NCBI GenBank assembly: GCA_027001995.1
Contig: JALTLO010000200.1
Location: 11,902-72,017 of the forward strand
Source of the DNA: Planctomycetota bacterium
GTDB taxonomy: Bacteria; Planctomycetota; GCA-002687715; DRQF01
Length of the DNA stretch: 60,116 nt
Reading direction: 5' to 3'
This document shows positions 50,929-60,116 of this stretch, piece by piece. Position 1 is the stretch's first letter. Each line of letters opens with the position of its first letter. A model generated the notes under the pieces. That model had not been told where the DNA came from, did not search any database, and saw nothing but the letters and a program-made list of their open reading frames with translations. Made by a program: the position numbers and the translations under genes.

Positions 50929-51963
50929 ATGGAAGACAAATTCGAACGATATTCTCGACAAGTTTTGTTCCCTCCCATAGGCGAATCTGGCCAAGAATCC
51001 TTGTCAAAAGCTACCGTAGGGCTCGTAGGCTTAGGAGCTCTCGGATCAACCATCGCCGAATCCTTGGTCCGTGGGGGAATCGGCCGCCTCATTGCCGTTG
51101 ATCGCGATATCATCGAAAGCTCTAATCTTCACCGTCAGGGTCTTTACCAGGAGGAAGATGCTCAATCGAAGCTCCCGAAAGCCGAAGCCGCAAGAAAACG
51201 GCTTCAAACCATGAATTCTCAGGTGACCGTGGAAACACATGTCTTGGATTTTCGCGCCAATTGTGCTGAAGACTTGTTTTCCGATTGTCAGATTTTAATT
51301 GATGGCACAGATAGCTTCGAAACCCGCTATCTCATCAATGATCTGTCTATTCGTTTGGGCATTCCATGGATTTATGGTGCTTGCGTCGGTGCCACCGGCA
51401 TGACGGCCACCATTATTCCCCAAGAAACGCCCTGTTTGGCCTGCCTCTTCCCTGATCCACCACCCCCTGGATCAGGGGAAACTTGCGACACAGCGGGGAT
51501 CATTGCCCCCGCAGCCCAAATCGTGGCTGCGCTCCAGGTCACGGAAGCACTCAAGATCCTTGTTGGTGACACGGATTCCTTAAGAACAGGTCTCCTATCA
51601 TTTGAGCTGTGGCCCTTTCGTCTCATCGAGATCGGCACCAAAAACCCGAAACCCAATGCATCGTGCCCAGCGTGTTCTAAGAAGGAACTCCGATTCTTGG
51701 ATGGAGAACACGAGACTGAAGGAATCGTCCTTTGTGGCCGTGACTCAGTACAAATTAGACCATCCAGTGTCGCAAGGATGGACTTTGCTGACATCGAAGA
51801 TCGATGGAAAACCCAGGGAACAGTAGAAGGAAACGGACTTGTCCTAACACTCACAGCAGAAGAACTCACCATGACCCTCTTTCGGGATGGACGAGCTTTG
51901 ATCAAAGGGACTACAGACCCAGCCCGAGCCCGCCAATTCTATGCTCGATATGTGGGAAGCTGA
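50929..51963 (+). CDS. ThiF/MoeB-family adenylyltransferase with C-terminal extension
   Basis: RYSRQ, G.GALGS, DRD.IE.SNLHRQ, DGTD.FETR, CLAC/CPAC Zn pairs, ETCDTAG, LCGRDSVQI, LF.DGRALIKGT. Confidence 0.9.
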   Translation: MEDKFERYSRQVLFPPIGESGQESLSKATVGLVGLGALGSTIAESLVRGGIGRLIAVDRDIIESSNLHRQGLYQEEDAQSKLPKAEAARKRLQTMNSQVTVETHVLDFRANCAEDLFSDCQILIDGTDSFETRYLINDLSIRLGIPWIYGACVGATGMTATIIPQETPCLACLFPDPPPPGSGETCDTAGIIAPAAQIVAALQVTEALKILVGDTDSLRTGLLSFELWPFRLIEIGTKNPKPNASCPACSKKELRFLDGEHETEGIVLCGRDSVQIRPSSVARMDFADIEDRWKTQGTVEGNGLVLTLTAEELTMTLFRDGRALIKGTTDPARARQFYARYVGS

Positions 51964-52107
51964 GAGCACATGCTCCTTGGCAGCCCACTTCATTCATAGG
52001 ATTGAAGCTTGATAGCCCCAAGGTTGTGAATAATGCGGGTCAGAGCAATTCCCTGCTTGATTATGGAAGCCCAAACATCTATGCTTTCCGCCATGAGAAG
52101 TGGATTT

Positions 52108-52500
52108 ATGATGAAAACGTGTATTGTTGCCCTTTTGGCCTTTGTCACCTCTTGCGCCTCCCAAGATGGCGTCAATTCCCAGTTTGACGCCAACCCCGTC
52201 CATGCGCCTTTGATCAATCAAGTTGGTGCAACCCGTGATGCAGCCATCGACCACACAGCCGCTGTGGGAGCTGAAATCGCAGATGTGGCTTTGGAGCCAA
52301 TCCGCTTCTTCTTCAAAATATCAGAGCCTGGCTACAACTTTGAAGACAGTGTCCAAGTGGCGGCTCGCCCCGCTACACCAGAAGAGCGCCTTTCCTACCG
52401 CCGGAACCAAATGGGCCTTCCCGAGTCCGCTGATTCACGGATTGCTGCTCGGCGCTCCTTGATTCGCGCCCGGCAAGTGCCCCAGGCATCCCAAAAATAG
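52108..52500 (+). CDS. hypothetical lipoprotein
   Basis: MMKTCIVALLAFVTS-C lipobox. Confidence 0.6.
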   Translation: MMKTCIVALLAFVTSCASQDGVNSQFDANPVHAPLINQVGATRDAAIDHTAAVGAEIADVALEPIRFFFKISEPGYNFEDSVQVAARPATPEERLSYRRNQMGLPESADSRIAARRSLIRARQVPQASQK

Positions 52501-52723
52501 CCTCGAAGCAAACTCCATATCTTTTGAGTCGTTTATAGAAGCGCAACTTCGGTGAGCATAAGAAGTTGTGTTCAGTGTCTCCTCATTTTTGCCGAAGAAG
52601 TAGTAGGCCCAACATGGGTCAACAGCGAAGGAAACCCCATCAAGGAAGCAAAGGCTTCGTAAGATGGAAGATGCGCCATTGAAACGAATATCCGGCCCAG
52701 CGAGAGGCCATTTGGAGAAAACT

Positions 52724-53152
52724 ATGCGAACTCATTCGACCCCCTTCTTCATGGCTGCCATGGTTTTAGGTTTGACCTTCGTCATCCCATTTCAAACATC
52801 GGGCGCCAATGAAAGGCCATCGGCGCCTCGGGCTTCGTCTGCTAGCCAACTCCAAGACCAATTGGAAGACTTGGCCAAGCGCGTCACCCAATTAGAGTCA
52901 GCCAAGCTGTCTTTAGAAATCAAAGTAAAAACCCAAGGTGAATTGCTTGGGGAAATTTATGGTTGGATGCGCACCTTGCCCGCAGCAAGCGAAGCGCTCC
53001 GAGAAAGTCTGGAAACAGCCAAGAAAAATGGCTTCGCCAAAGCTGGGCCCAACCCCATGGCTAAGAACAATGTTCTCGAAGGTCTTAAGGAGTTTGCCAA
53101 AGCTCTTTCCGCGTCTAACCCGGCGAAACCGAAAACTCCCAAGAAAAAGTAG
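52724..53152 (+). CDS. hypothetical secreted/anchored coiled-coil protein
   Basis: GGAGA RBS, N-terminal hydrophobic helix, heptad 'LQDQLEDLAKRVTQLE'. Confidence 0.6.
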   Translation: MRTHSTPFFMAAMVLGLTFVIPFQTSGANERPSAPRASSASQLQDQLEDLAKRVTQLESAKLSLEIKVKTQGELLGEIYGWMRTLPAASEALRESLETAKKNGFAKAGPNPMAKNNVLEGLKEFAKALSASNPAKPKTPKKK

Positions 53153-53233
53153 ACGAGCATCCTCATTCTCCAGATTGTGAAGATCTTTCAATCTATCGGT
53201 GTTTTCCCTCCAGAGCGCTGCTATGGTCGTTTC

Positions 53234-54229
53234 ATGATGCTTCGGACTCTCACACTCCTCATTGTCTTTGGAACATGTTGTGCCGCCCAAGATTCATCTC
53301 TTCGGGGGCCCATGATTCAATTTCCAGCCAAAGGCTGGGATTTTGGCACCATCACCCGAGGGCGACAGCTTCGACACACCTTTGAACTTAAAAACACCGG
53401 TGACCAAGACTTGGTTATTTCTTACGCCCAGGTCACTTGCGGATGTTTGAAATTGAAGCTGGATCGAAAAATCCTGCCTCCAGGTGAGTCAAGCGTGCTG
53501 CGCATATTCCTGGACAGCAATCGCCAGGAAGGCCACATCAAGAAGCACATTCGCATCCAATCCAATGCCAAAAACCAAAGCCATGTTCTCATCCCGGTGG
53601 AAGGAACGATTAACCCGGTTTATCGCCTGGAATACCCCAACCTCGACTTAGGGGCCAGAGAACAGCACGAGTCGATTGTCAAAGAAATGCGGATCTTCGC
53701 TCTGCCAAATCGCTGGCCAGAAATTTCGTCAATTGAATTTCGCGGAACCAGTATCAAGATCACAACCAAACGATTCGGCACACCGACCAAAGCCCACGGG
53801 ATTATCGTTTCCGTCACAGCACGGGCCAATCAAAAACCCGGTCGCCAATCGATTCCCGTGAGAATCAACCTCAAGAACGACTTAGTGGACGCCATTCGAT
53901 TCTTGGTTTTAGGTGTCGTGATAGGAGACCTCAGAATCGAACCAAAAAAACTCACTTTACCCCCACAAGAAAAAACGAAGACATCCCAAACAACACTGAC
54001 AATGACGAGTGGCAGCCAAAAGCCCTTCAAGATCTTGAAAGCAACTTGCCACGACAATCGTGTGAGCATTCAATTCACGGCAGGAAAATCCGAGACAAGC
54101 CACCCTTTACTCATCACCTTTGATCCCAAGAACCGTGGAAAAGGGCTCAGAACACGTATTTATATCGTCACCGATCGCCCAGATCAGTCGGTATTCACCG
54201 TCCCCGTCAATATTCCCGTAATTCCCTAG
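53234..54229 (+). CDS. DUF1573 domain protein (three Ig-like domains)
   Basis: Signal peptide, WDFGTI…F.LKNTG..DL.I…TCGC…LPPGE, two further beta-sandwich repeats. Confidence 0.85.
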   Translation: MMLRTLTLLIVFGTCCAAQDSSLRGPMIQFPAKGWDFGTITRGRQLRHTFELKNTGDQDLVISYAQVTCGCLKLKLDRKILPPGESSVLRIFLDSNRQEGHIKKHIRIQSNAKNQSHVLIPVEGTINPVYRLEYPNLDLGAREQHESIVKEMRIFALPNRWPEISSIEFRGTSIKITTKRFGTPTKAHGIIVSVTARANQKPGRQSIPVRINLKNDLVDAIRFLVLGVVIGDLRIEPKKLTLPPQEKTKTSQTTLTMTSGSQKPFKILKATCHDNRVSIQFTAGKSETSHPLLITFDPKNRGKGLRTRIYIVTDRPDQSVFTVPVNIPVIP

Positions 54230-54358
54230 AAATATCCCCAGTCGTCTCCGTATCCCCCAACATCGGTCTCCGAAGAAGTCAAGGTAGGTTGGCCCCCCAT
54301 CTGGTCAACTGGCCAGAAAGACCGACGTGGGCAGAGAGAGTCGAAGGGGAGAACTATT

Positions 54359-54904
54359 GTGGTCATAGCGACAACGCTCAGTTTCTGGGGCACAAGTGTC
54401 TCCGGCAGCATCCTCTTCGCCATCGTTTGCGCCCTTTTGGCAGCCAGCAAAGGACGATCAGCCTTGACATGGGGTGTCATGGGCTTCTTCTTCCAATGCT
54501 TCGGACTTCTTTTCGTTGTGCTCGCAGGAGACGTCGTCGATCCCAGGGAAGAAGAGGAAGTGGGCCGAAGCCATCGGCGGCGGATCAATGAAAGACTGAA
54601 AAGAGAATCAAACAAGATTGATCAACTCAAATCGGAGATGCGAGGCCGTTTGGACGCTCATGATCTGGCTTCTGGCATCGACACCCGCCGTATCCGCAAG
54701 CCCCTTAACCGAAGCCATGGTGATACCTACATCGGATCGAATCCAAGCTGGTACTATGATGACCACGGAGCAACCGCCGGTCCAATCGCCGAAAGAGCAT
54801 TGCGAAGCCTCATGGACTCGGGTCTCATTCATAGTCGAACTTTGATCTGGCGAGAGGGTATGACTGACTGGCGCCCATGGGAAGATATTCCAGAACTGGG
54901 ATAG
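54359..54904 (+). CDS. membrane protein with C-terminal GYF_2 (DUF4339) domain
   Basis: 2-3 TM with 'KGRS…WG..GFF', coiled coil, WYY…GP….L..L…G.I…TL.WREGM.DW. Confidence 0.82.
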   Translation: MVIATTLSFWGTSVSGSILFAIVCALLAASKGRSALTWGVMGFFFQCFGLLFVVLAGDVVDPREEEEVGRSHRRRINERLKRESNKIDQLKSEMRGRLDAHDLASGIDTRRIRKPLNRSHGDTYIGSNPSWYYDDHGATAGPIAERALRSLMDSGLIHSRTLIWREGMTDWRPWEDIPELG

Positions 54905-55003
54905 AGTGAGCCCCCCGTATAACAATGGCGCAATCCTGAGGGATTCTCACGTTCCAGGTCGACAATCAACTCCTTGGCCAGCAGACAAACTCAGACTCTA
55001 AAA

Positions 55004-55915
55004 TCAGATAATGCGGCGTCCAAAAGCGCTTTGAATGAGATGCACCACGGCGTCCGCGGTTTGATTGCGAACATCTTCCACGGGATTCAACTCAACGATA
55101 TCCATGGAAGTGAGCTGCTTGCTATCTGCCAGTAGCTCCATGAAGAGATGAGCTTCGCGAAAACTGATGCCTCCACGAACGGGCGTTCCCACACCGGGAG
55201 CAACAATGGGATCCAAGCCATCAATGTCGAAGGAAAGGTGAATACCAGCGGTTCCGGCGCTGGCCCCCTCGATAGCCCGTTTCGTGACTTCGGCCATCCC
55301 CAAACGATCAACTTCCTTCATCGAAAAAACTTTGATGCCACTCTTCGCCACCATTTCCTTTTCTGAATCGTCTACGTCCCGAGCGCCGATCACGAAGACG
55401 TTCTCAGGATCAATACAGGGTTCATCTCCCCCCACGGCATTGAGTGCCTCACTGCCGTAGCCCAACAAAGAGGCCAATGGCATGCCATGGACGTTGCCTG
55501 AAGGCGATGTGGCGGGAGTATTCATGTCCGTATGAGCATCAAACCAAATGACCCCCAGCTTCTCATTTTCTTTACGATAGTGAGATGCCACACCGGCAAT
55601 GGTACCTGCAGCAATGGAATGATCCCCTCCAAGAAAAACAGGCAATGCCCCTCTTCTCTTTGCCTCCATAGCGACATCATGCAATCGAATGCAGACTTCG
55701 ACTATCTCGTCAATGTATTTGGCACTTCCACCATCCTTCGGCAGAGTCACCCGGCTCTTGAGGCTGATCTCCCCCCGATCGATCAGATCATGACCCAAAG
55801 CGGCGATCTTTGTCCCTATACCAGCAATGCGAAGGGCGCTTGGTCCCATATCCACCCCCCTGAGGTTGGCACCCAGGTCCATGGGCACCCCAAATATCTC
55901 AACTTGCATAGGCAT
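55004..55915 (-). CDS. rocF: arginase
   Basis: GVDMGPSALR, GGDHS, DAHTDMNTP..SPSGNVHGMP, SFDIDGLDP..APGVGTPV.GG, VELNP. Confidence 0.95.
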   Translation of the reverse strand: MPMQVEIFGVPMDLGANLRGVDMGPSALRIAGIGTKIAALGHDLIDRGEISLKSRVTLPKDGGSAKYIDEIVEVCIRLHDVAMEAKRRGALPVFLGGDHSIAAGTIAGVASHYRKENEKLGVIWFDAHTDMNTPATSPSGNVHGMPLASLLGYGSEALNAVGGDEPCIDPENVFVIGARDVDDSEKEMVAKSGIKVFSMKEVDRLGMAEVTKRAIEGASAGTAGIHLSFDIDGLDPIVAPGVGTPVRGGISFREAHLFMELLADSKQLTSMDIVELNPVEDVRNQTADAVVHLIQSAFGRRII

Positions 55916-56098
55916 AAGCTTTGTTTCCGAAAGGCTTTAAGAATTCAATCTAAGTTCAGGCTCCACCAAAAGGAGCTTTCTGTCGATATCTTAAGAGCGA
56001 AAATATCTTTCACCAATGGAAAGGTTCCATTGGTTGAACCGGATTTCCTCCATTGAGGCGCAAGCAACGGGTTCTGAGAACCCCAGATCGAGAGTGCG

Positions 56099-56413
56099 AT
56101 GGATCGACGAAGACTGAGCGACAGCGAAATCAAATCGGCCTTAGGGCGGCTTGCAAACTGGGAGCTCAAGGAAGGAAAGCTAAGCCGCAAATTCAGATTT
56201 CGTGATTTCAATGAAGCTTTCGGCTTCATGACGAGGGTCGCTCTGGTGGCAGAGAATCTTCGCCACCACCCAGAGTGGACCAACATCTACGGAACAGTCT
56301 TGGTCCACCTTTGGACTCATGAAGTTCAAGGGATTACCGACTACGACCTTATCTTGGCTGGCAAAATGGATGTTTTTGCCGAAGCTGTCAAGCGGCCTCT
56401 TCCCGTGGGCTGA
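56099..56413 (+). CDS. phhB: pterin-4-alpha-carbinolamine dehydratase
   Basis: F.F.DF.EAFGFM..VA..AE…HHPEW.N.Y..V…L.TH…GIT..D. Confidence 0.93.
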   Translation: MDRRRLSDSEIKSALGRLANWELKEGKLSRKFRFRDFNEAFGFMTRVALVAENLRHHPEWTNIYGTVLVHLWTHEVQGITDYDLILAGKMDVFAEAVKRPLPVG

Positions 56414-56444
56414 ATTCACCTCAATACCAACTTCCAGTGAAATC

Positions 56445-56539
56445 CCCTTTGGAGTAAACCAAAGGGAGACTCCGAGGGACCCGGCATCGATTCGCTTCGT
56501 TTGACCGAAGCGAATCGGTAGCCGTGTCGATACGACGGC
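56445..56539. other. cluster of stable hairpins between convergent phhB and pruA (terminator or REP-like)
   Basis: CCCTTTGG/CCAAAGGG (56445-56466); 14-bp ATCGATTCGCTTCG/CGAAGCGAATCGGT (56486-56519); GCCGT/ACGGC (56521-56539). Confidence 0.55.
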
Positions 56540-56551
56540 GAAAACTTACGG

Positions 56552-58171
56552 TTAACCCAAGAAGGGATAGCGATAGTCCTGAGCAGGAACAAAAGTCTCT
56601 TTAATGGTCCGTGGCGAACACCACCGCAGAAGATTGAGTTTACTACCGGCCTTGTCATTGGTCCCCGAAGCTCGGGCGCCCCCAAAAGGCTGCTGACCGA
56701 CAACGGCCCCCGTCGGCTTGTCGTTGATATAAAAGTTCCCAGCAGCGTTCTTAAGGGCATCCGCCATCTTCACAATTTCCTGACGATCACGGCACAAGAT
56801 CGCGCCAGTCAGAGCATAAGGCGAAGTTTGATCGCAGATTGCCAACGTTTCTTCGAGCTTGTCATCATCGTAAGGGAGAATCGTTAAGACGGGACCAAAA
56901 ATCTCTTCGCACATGGTCTTGAACTGAGGATTTTCGGTGACAATCACTGTAGGTTGAACAAAGTAGCCGGAGGCATCATCGTACTCACCGCCGCAGATGA
57001 TTCTACAGTCATCTGCTCCTTTTGCGAAATCGATGTACTCCTTGATCGTGTTGAATGCGGACTTGTCAATGACAGCATTGACATAGTTTGAGAAATCATC
57101 CACGGCTCCCACTTTAATAGTATTCAAGTCTTCCAAGAGGATGCGCAATGTTTCGTCGAGGATTGATCGCGGCACGTAGGCACGGCTTGCGGCTGAGCAC
57201 TTTTGTCCTTGGTACTCAAAAGACCCACGCAGCAAGGCAGTGGCGAGGACTCGCTCGTCAGCGCTAGGATGAGCAAAGACAAAGTCCTTGCCTCCTGTCT
57301 CTCCACAGATACGAGGATAACTTTTGTAACGCTCGATATTGTTGCCGATCTCCCGCCACATCCCCTGGAAAACGGCGGTAGATCCTGTGAAGTGGACTCC
57401 CGCCAAATGAGGACTCTTGAGAACGGCGGGACCGACTTCACTGCCCCGACCATGAATCATGTTGATGACGCCTTTTGGAAGCCCAGCTTCTTCAAATAAC
57501 TTCATCAAGTAGTAAGCTGAATAGGTAGCGGAAGAAGCAGGTTTCCAAACAATGGTATTGCCCATCAAAGCCGGAGCGGCAGAGAGGTTGCCAGCAATGG
57601 CGGTGAAGTTAAACGGAGTGACAGCAAAAACAAAACCTTCCAATGGCCTTTGCTCCAGCCGATTCCAGCATCCGGGCCCTGACTTTGGCTGCTCTTCGTA
57701 GATTTCTTGGGCGTAACGCGCATTGAAGCGGAAGAAATCGATTAGTTCGCAAGCTGAATCGATCTCTGCCTGATAGCAATTCTTACTTTGGCCGATCATT
57801 GTGGCCGCGTTCAAAGTATCCCGCCATGGCCCAGCCAAGAGATCCGCCGCCTTCAGAAAAACAGCCGCCCTTTGCTCCCATGGTGTAGCTGCCCAAGCTG
57901 GGGCCGCTTCCATCGCTGCCGCAATGGCTGCGTCCACATGGGTAACATCGCCCTGGTGGCATTGAGCAACCACATGACTGTGATTGTGAGGGGGTGTGAC
58001 ATCGATGGTCTTGCCTGTGGTCATATGCTCGCCACCGATCACCAGTGGGATCTGTATGACTTCAGATTGCATTTCTTCCAATCGAGCCTTCAAGGAAAGA
58101 GTCTCCGGACTCCCCGGCACATAGTCTCTCACTCTTTCGTTCTGGGGCTCTGGCGTTTGGTAGATCGTCAT
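56552..58171 (-). CDS. pruA: L-glutamate gamma-semialdehyde (P5C) dehydrogenase
   Basis: QAEID.ACELIDF.RFN, TPFNFTAI, FTGST, GETGGKDF, FEYQGQKCSA, EEIFGP, QQPFGG.R.SGTNDKAGS; ATG 58171 with AGGAG RBS. Confidence 0.95.
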   Translation of the reverse strand: MTIYQTPEPQNERVRDYVPGSPETLSLKARLEEMQSEVIQIPLVIGGEHMTTGKTIDVTPPHNHSHVVAQCHQGDVTHVDAAIAAAMEAAPAWAATPWEQRAAVFLKAADLLAGPWRDTLNAATMIGQSKNCYQAEIDSACELIDFFRFNARYAQEIYEEQPKSGPGCWNRLEQRPLEGFVFAVTPFNFTAIAGNLSAAPALMGNTIVWKPASSATYSAYYLMKLFEEAGLPKGVINMIHGRGSEVGPAVLKSPHLAGVHFTGSTAVFQGMWREIGNNIERYKSYPRICGETGGKDFVFAHPSADERVLATALLRGSFEYQGQKCSAASRAYVPRSILDETLRILLEDLNTIKVGAVDDFSNYVNAVIDKSAFNTIKEYIDFAKGADDCRIICGGEYDDASGYFVQPTVIVTENPQFKTMCEEIFGPVLTILPYDDDKLEETLAICDQTSPYALTGAILCRDRQEIVKMADALKNAAGNFYINDKPTGAVVGQQPFGGARASGTNDKAGSKLNLLRWCSPRTIKETFVPAQDYRYPFLG

Positions 58172-58575
58172 GGCTTTCTCCTGGAATTCAAGCTTTGATA
58201 TGCCAGTCTTAGCACTCATTCCCGAAGGGGACCAGAACCCCTTTTGGACAAGTCCCGTTGCCTTACCCCACGGAATAGCAACCCCGAAACCAGGATTTGC
58301 TCCTTCTGCCTTGCCGATTCAATGGCCGTGTGTTTCGTGTTTCCCAGTATATTGTCGGGGCGATAGCAAGAACGGGCGCCGATAGGCTGCGAAAAAGCCT
58401 CACCCTTAACCTCAGCGGCCTCTTCTACAATAAGAAGGGTCCTCACTCACAAAAGCCAGCAAGTCTGACAGTTTCTGAAAAATACCCGATAATTTGGAAC
58501 TCCTAGACTGTTTTGCGGAGTCAAGAACTAAGCAATGTTCTAAGATGCCCGCGAAGCCTATCTGTGAGAGTAATC

Positions 58576-59583
58576 ATGTCCGGAATAAGTCGTTACTACG
58601 CTGCCCTTTGCCAATTGGACCAAAAGAATCCCCTAACCAGGGAAGCGATAAAGAAGAACACCGACACCATGATACGCCTCATGGAGCAAGCGGTCCTTGG
58701 TTACAAACCTTTCCATGACGTTCGTCTCATTGTGTTTCCTGAATTCGGGCATTCAGCACCGGTCTATCCTGATGTTTCTGACCTTTTGGAACACTTGGCT
58801 CTACCCAGCGACAATGAAGAAATTCAAAGGATCGCCGCGAAAGCAAAAGAACTTGGCGTTTTCGTACAAACAGGGAGTTTCTTGGAAGTAGATTCAAAAT
58901 GGCCATCTTTGGTATTCAACACCACTCTCCTCATTGACCCAGATGGCCAAACGATTCTCCGCTACCGGAAGGTCAACCCTTGGATCCCTTGGGAAGTCCA
59001 TGCGAGCCCCCACGACATTCCCAATTACCCCGATGACCCTCTTCCTGTGGTGGAAACAGAAATCGGCATTCTGGGGGTCGCGACTTGCTACGACTGGCTC
59101 TTTCCTGAAGTGTGCCGCACTTTGGCATTCAAGGGAGCAGAAGTTCTGATACGGATTTCCGCCTACATGGATCCTTGGGGGACGAGCGAGCCAATGAATT
59201 GGTGGGACCTCATCAACCGAAGCAGAGCCATTGAAAACACCGCCTATGTTGTTGCCTGCAATCAAGGAGCAAGCGGAGACCACTACCCCCCTTTTTCTTG
59301 GCCAGGGGGCTCCATGGCCTGTGACTTCGACGGACGGGTGTTATCCAAGGCAAGTCCTGGTCCCGGAGAGAAAATTGTTGTGGCACCCATAGACATCCAA
59401 ACTCTTCGCGATGAAAGAAAAAGACGTATGGGTCATGACATGCGCGCCCACCATCGGGCTGAGCTCTATCGTGTCCTTTACGCCCCCCAATTCCCAAAAG
59501 GCGAGAATGTCTCCCCCAGGACAGTTTCCCAATTGGAAACATTAATTGCCCAGTCGAAAAAGACACTAGAGGAGCGAAAATGA
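58576..59583 (+). CDS. nitrilase/carbon-nitrogen hydrolase family protein
   Basis: Catalytic triad E (FPEF), K (YRK), C (TCYD); FPE..R.LA.KGAE, RA.EN..YVV..N. Confidence 0.88.
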   Translation: MSGISRYYAALCQLDQKNPLTREAIKKNTDTMIRLMEQAVLGYKPFHDVRLIVFPEFGHSAPVYPDVSDLLEHLALPSDNEEIQRIAAKAKELGVFVQTGSFLEVDSKWPSLVFNTTLLIDPDGQTILRYRKVNPWIPWEVHASPHDIPNYPDDPLPVVETEIGILGVATCYDWLFPEVCRTLAFKGAEVLIRISAYMDPWGTSEPMNWWDLINRSRAIENTAYVVACNQGASGDHYPPFSWPGGSMACDFDGRVLSKASPGPGEKIVVAPIDIQTLRDERKRRMGHDMRAHHRAELYRVLYAPQFPKGENVSPRTVSQLETLIAQSKKTLEERK

Positions 59584-60116
59584 AACTCCCATTCTTTTTG
59601 CTTCTTCTCCTTGTCCTGCTGGGGGCCTTCGGTAGCTGCGGCGACGGCAAGAAGCAAGAAAAACCTGAAGGTGAAACATTACCTTTCAGCGTCGCCGATG
59701 CGCACCGGCTGAACACAGAAGCTATCCTTCATATGGATCAGGATGACGTCGCCGGGGCCATTCCGATGTTCCGAAAACTCTGCAGGGAAACCCACGACAT
59801 TTTTGTGCCTCGCTTCAATCTGGCCATCGCCCTTCTCAACGCACAGAACCTCGATCGCAAAGCGAGAAAGGCGGAAATGGATGAATCCGAATCCTTGCTC
59901 CGCCAACTTATGGGTGAGTTCCCAGGCCGAGTTGAAGCGCCCTACAGCTTGGCCGTCATGTTGGAGCATTTGGGCCGAGACCCTGTGGAAATTGAGAAAT
60001 TCTATGCCTTGGCATTGCGCCTCGCCCCTGCCAGTCCCGACTGTCTTTATCGCTTAGGGAAGTTCTACTATCAAAAACGAAACCCCGACTTAGAGAAAGC
60101 CGAGGCTCTTCTCAAA
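59580..60116 (+). CDS. TPR-containing lipoprotein, 3'-truncated by window edge
   Basis: Not in ORF track. ATG 59580 overlaps the nitrilase stop (ATGA). MKLPFFLLLLLVLLGAFGS-C lipobox, TPR-like FNLAIALL, YSLAVML, YRLGKFY; open to the end of the window. Confidence 0.8.
   Translation, partial: MKLPFFLLLLLVLLGAFGSCGDGKKQEKPEGETLPFSVADAHRLNTEAILHMDQDDVAGAIPMFRKLCRETHDIFVPRFNLAIALLNAQNLDRKARKAEMDESESLLRQLMGEFPGRVEAPYSLAVMLEHLGRDPVEIEKFYALALRLAPASPDCLYRLGKFYYQKRNPDLEKAEALLK

Overview
This is a gene-dense bacterial chromosomal window of roughly 50-53% GC (estimated by eye) with about 43 CDS. I see no rRNA, tRNA, CRISPR array or mobile element. The gene families (MoxR/DUF58/BatA cluster with prenyltransferase-fold proteins, several FHA proteins, DUF1573, GYF_2, Gly-rich Ig lipoprotein) suggest a Planctomycetota genome; this is inference. 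Housekeeping genes include ispE, panC, folK, pssA, eno, rlmI-like, gcdH-like, larE, uvrD/pcrA, lptF/lptG, mutS, moeB/thiF, rocF, phhB and pruA. Three accessory elements stand out. (1) An 11-gene, ~21.5 kb co-oriented envelope locus (5067-26628) with one MoxR AAA+ ATPase and DUF58, paired paralogues (2 beta-propeller/TPR, 2 vWA-GATase-like membrane proteins, 2 secreted alpha/alpha-toroid proteins) and a three-part DUF4175-like coiled-coil module. (2) An FHA signalling cassette (33151-39742): an FHA-GAF-sigma54 activator, then a canonical -24/-12 promoter, an FHA-TM-CAP protein and an FHA protein interrupted by an in-frame TAG. (3) A sigma54-promoter-preceded, nearly lysine-free, Ig plus polyglycine surface lipoprotein (45553-48297). 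Product calls come from motif recognition only; no database searches were run.
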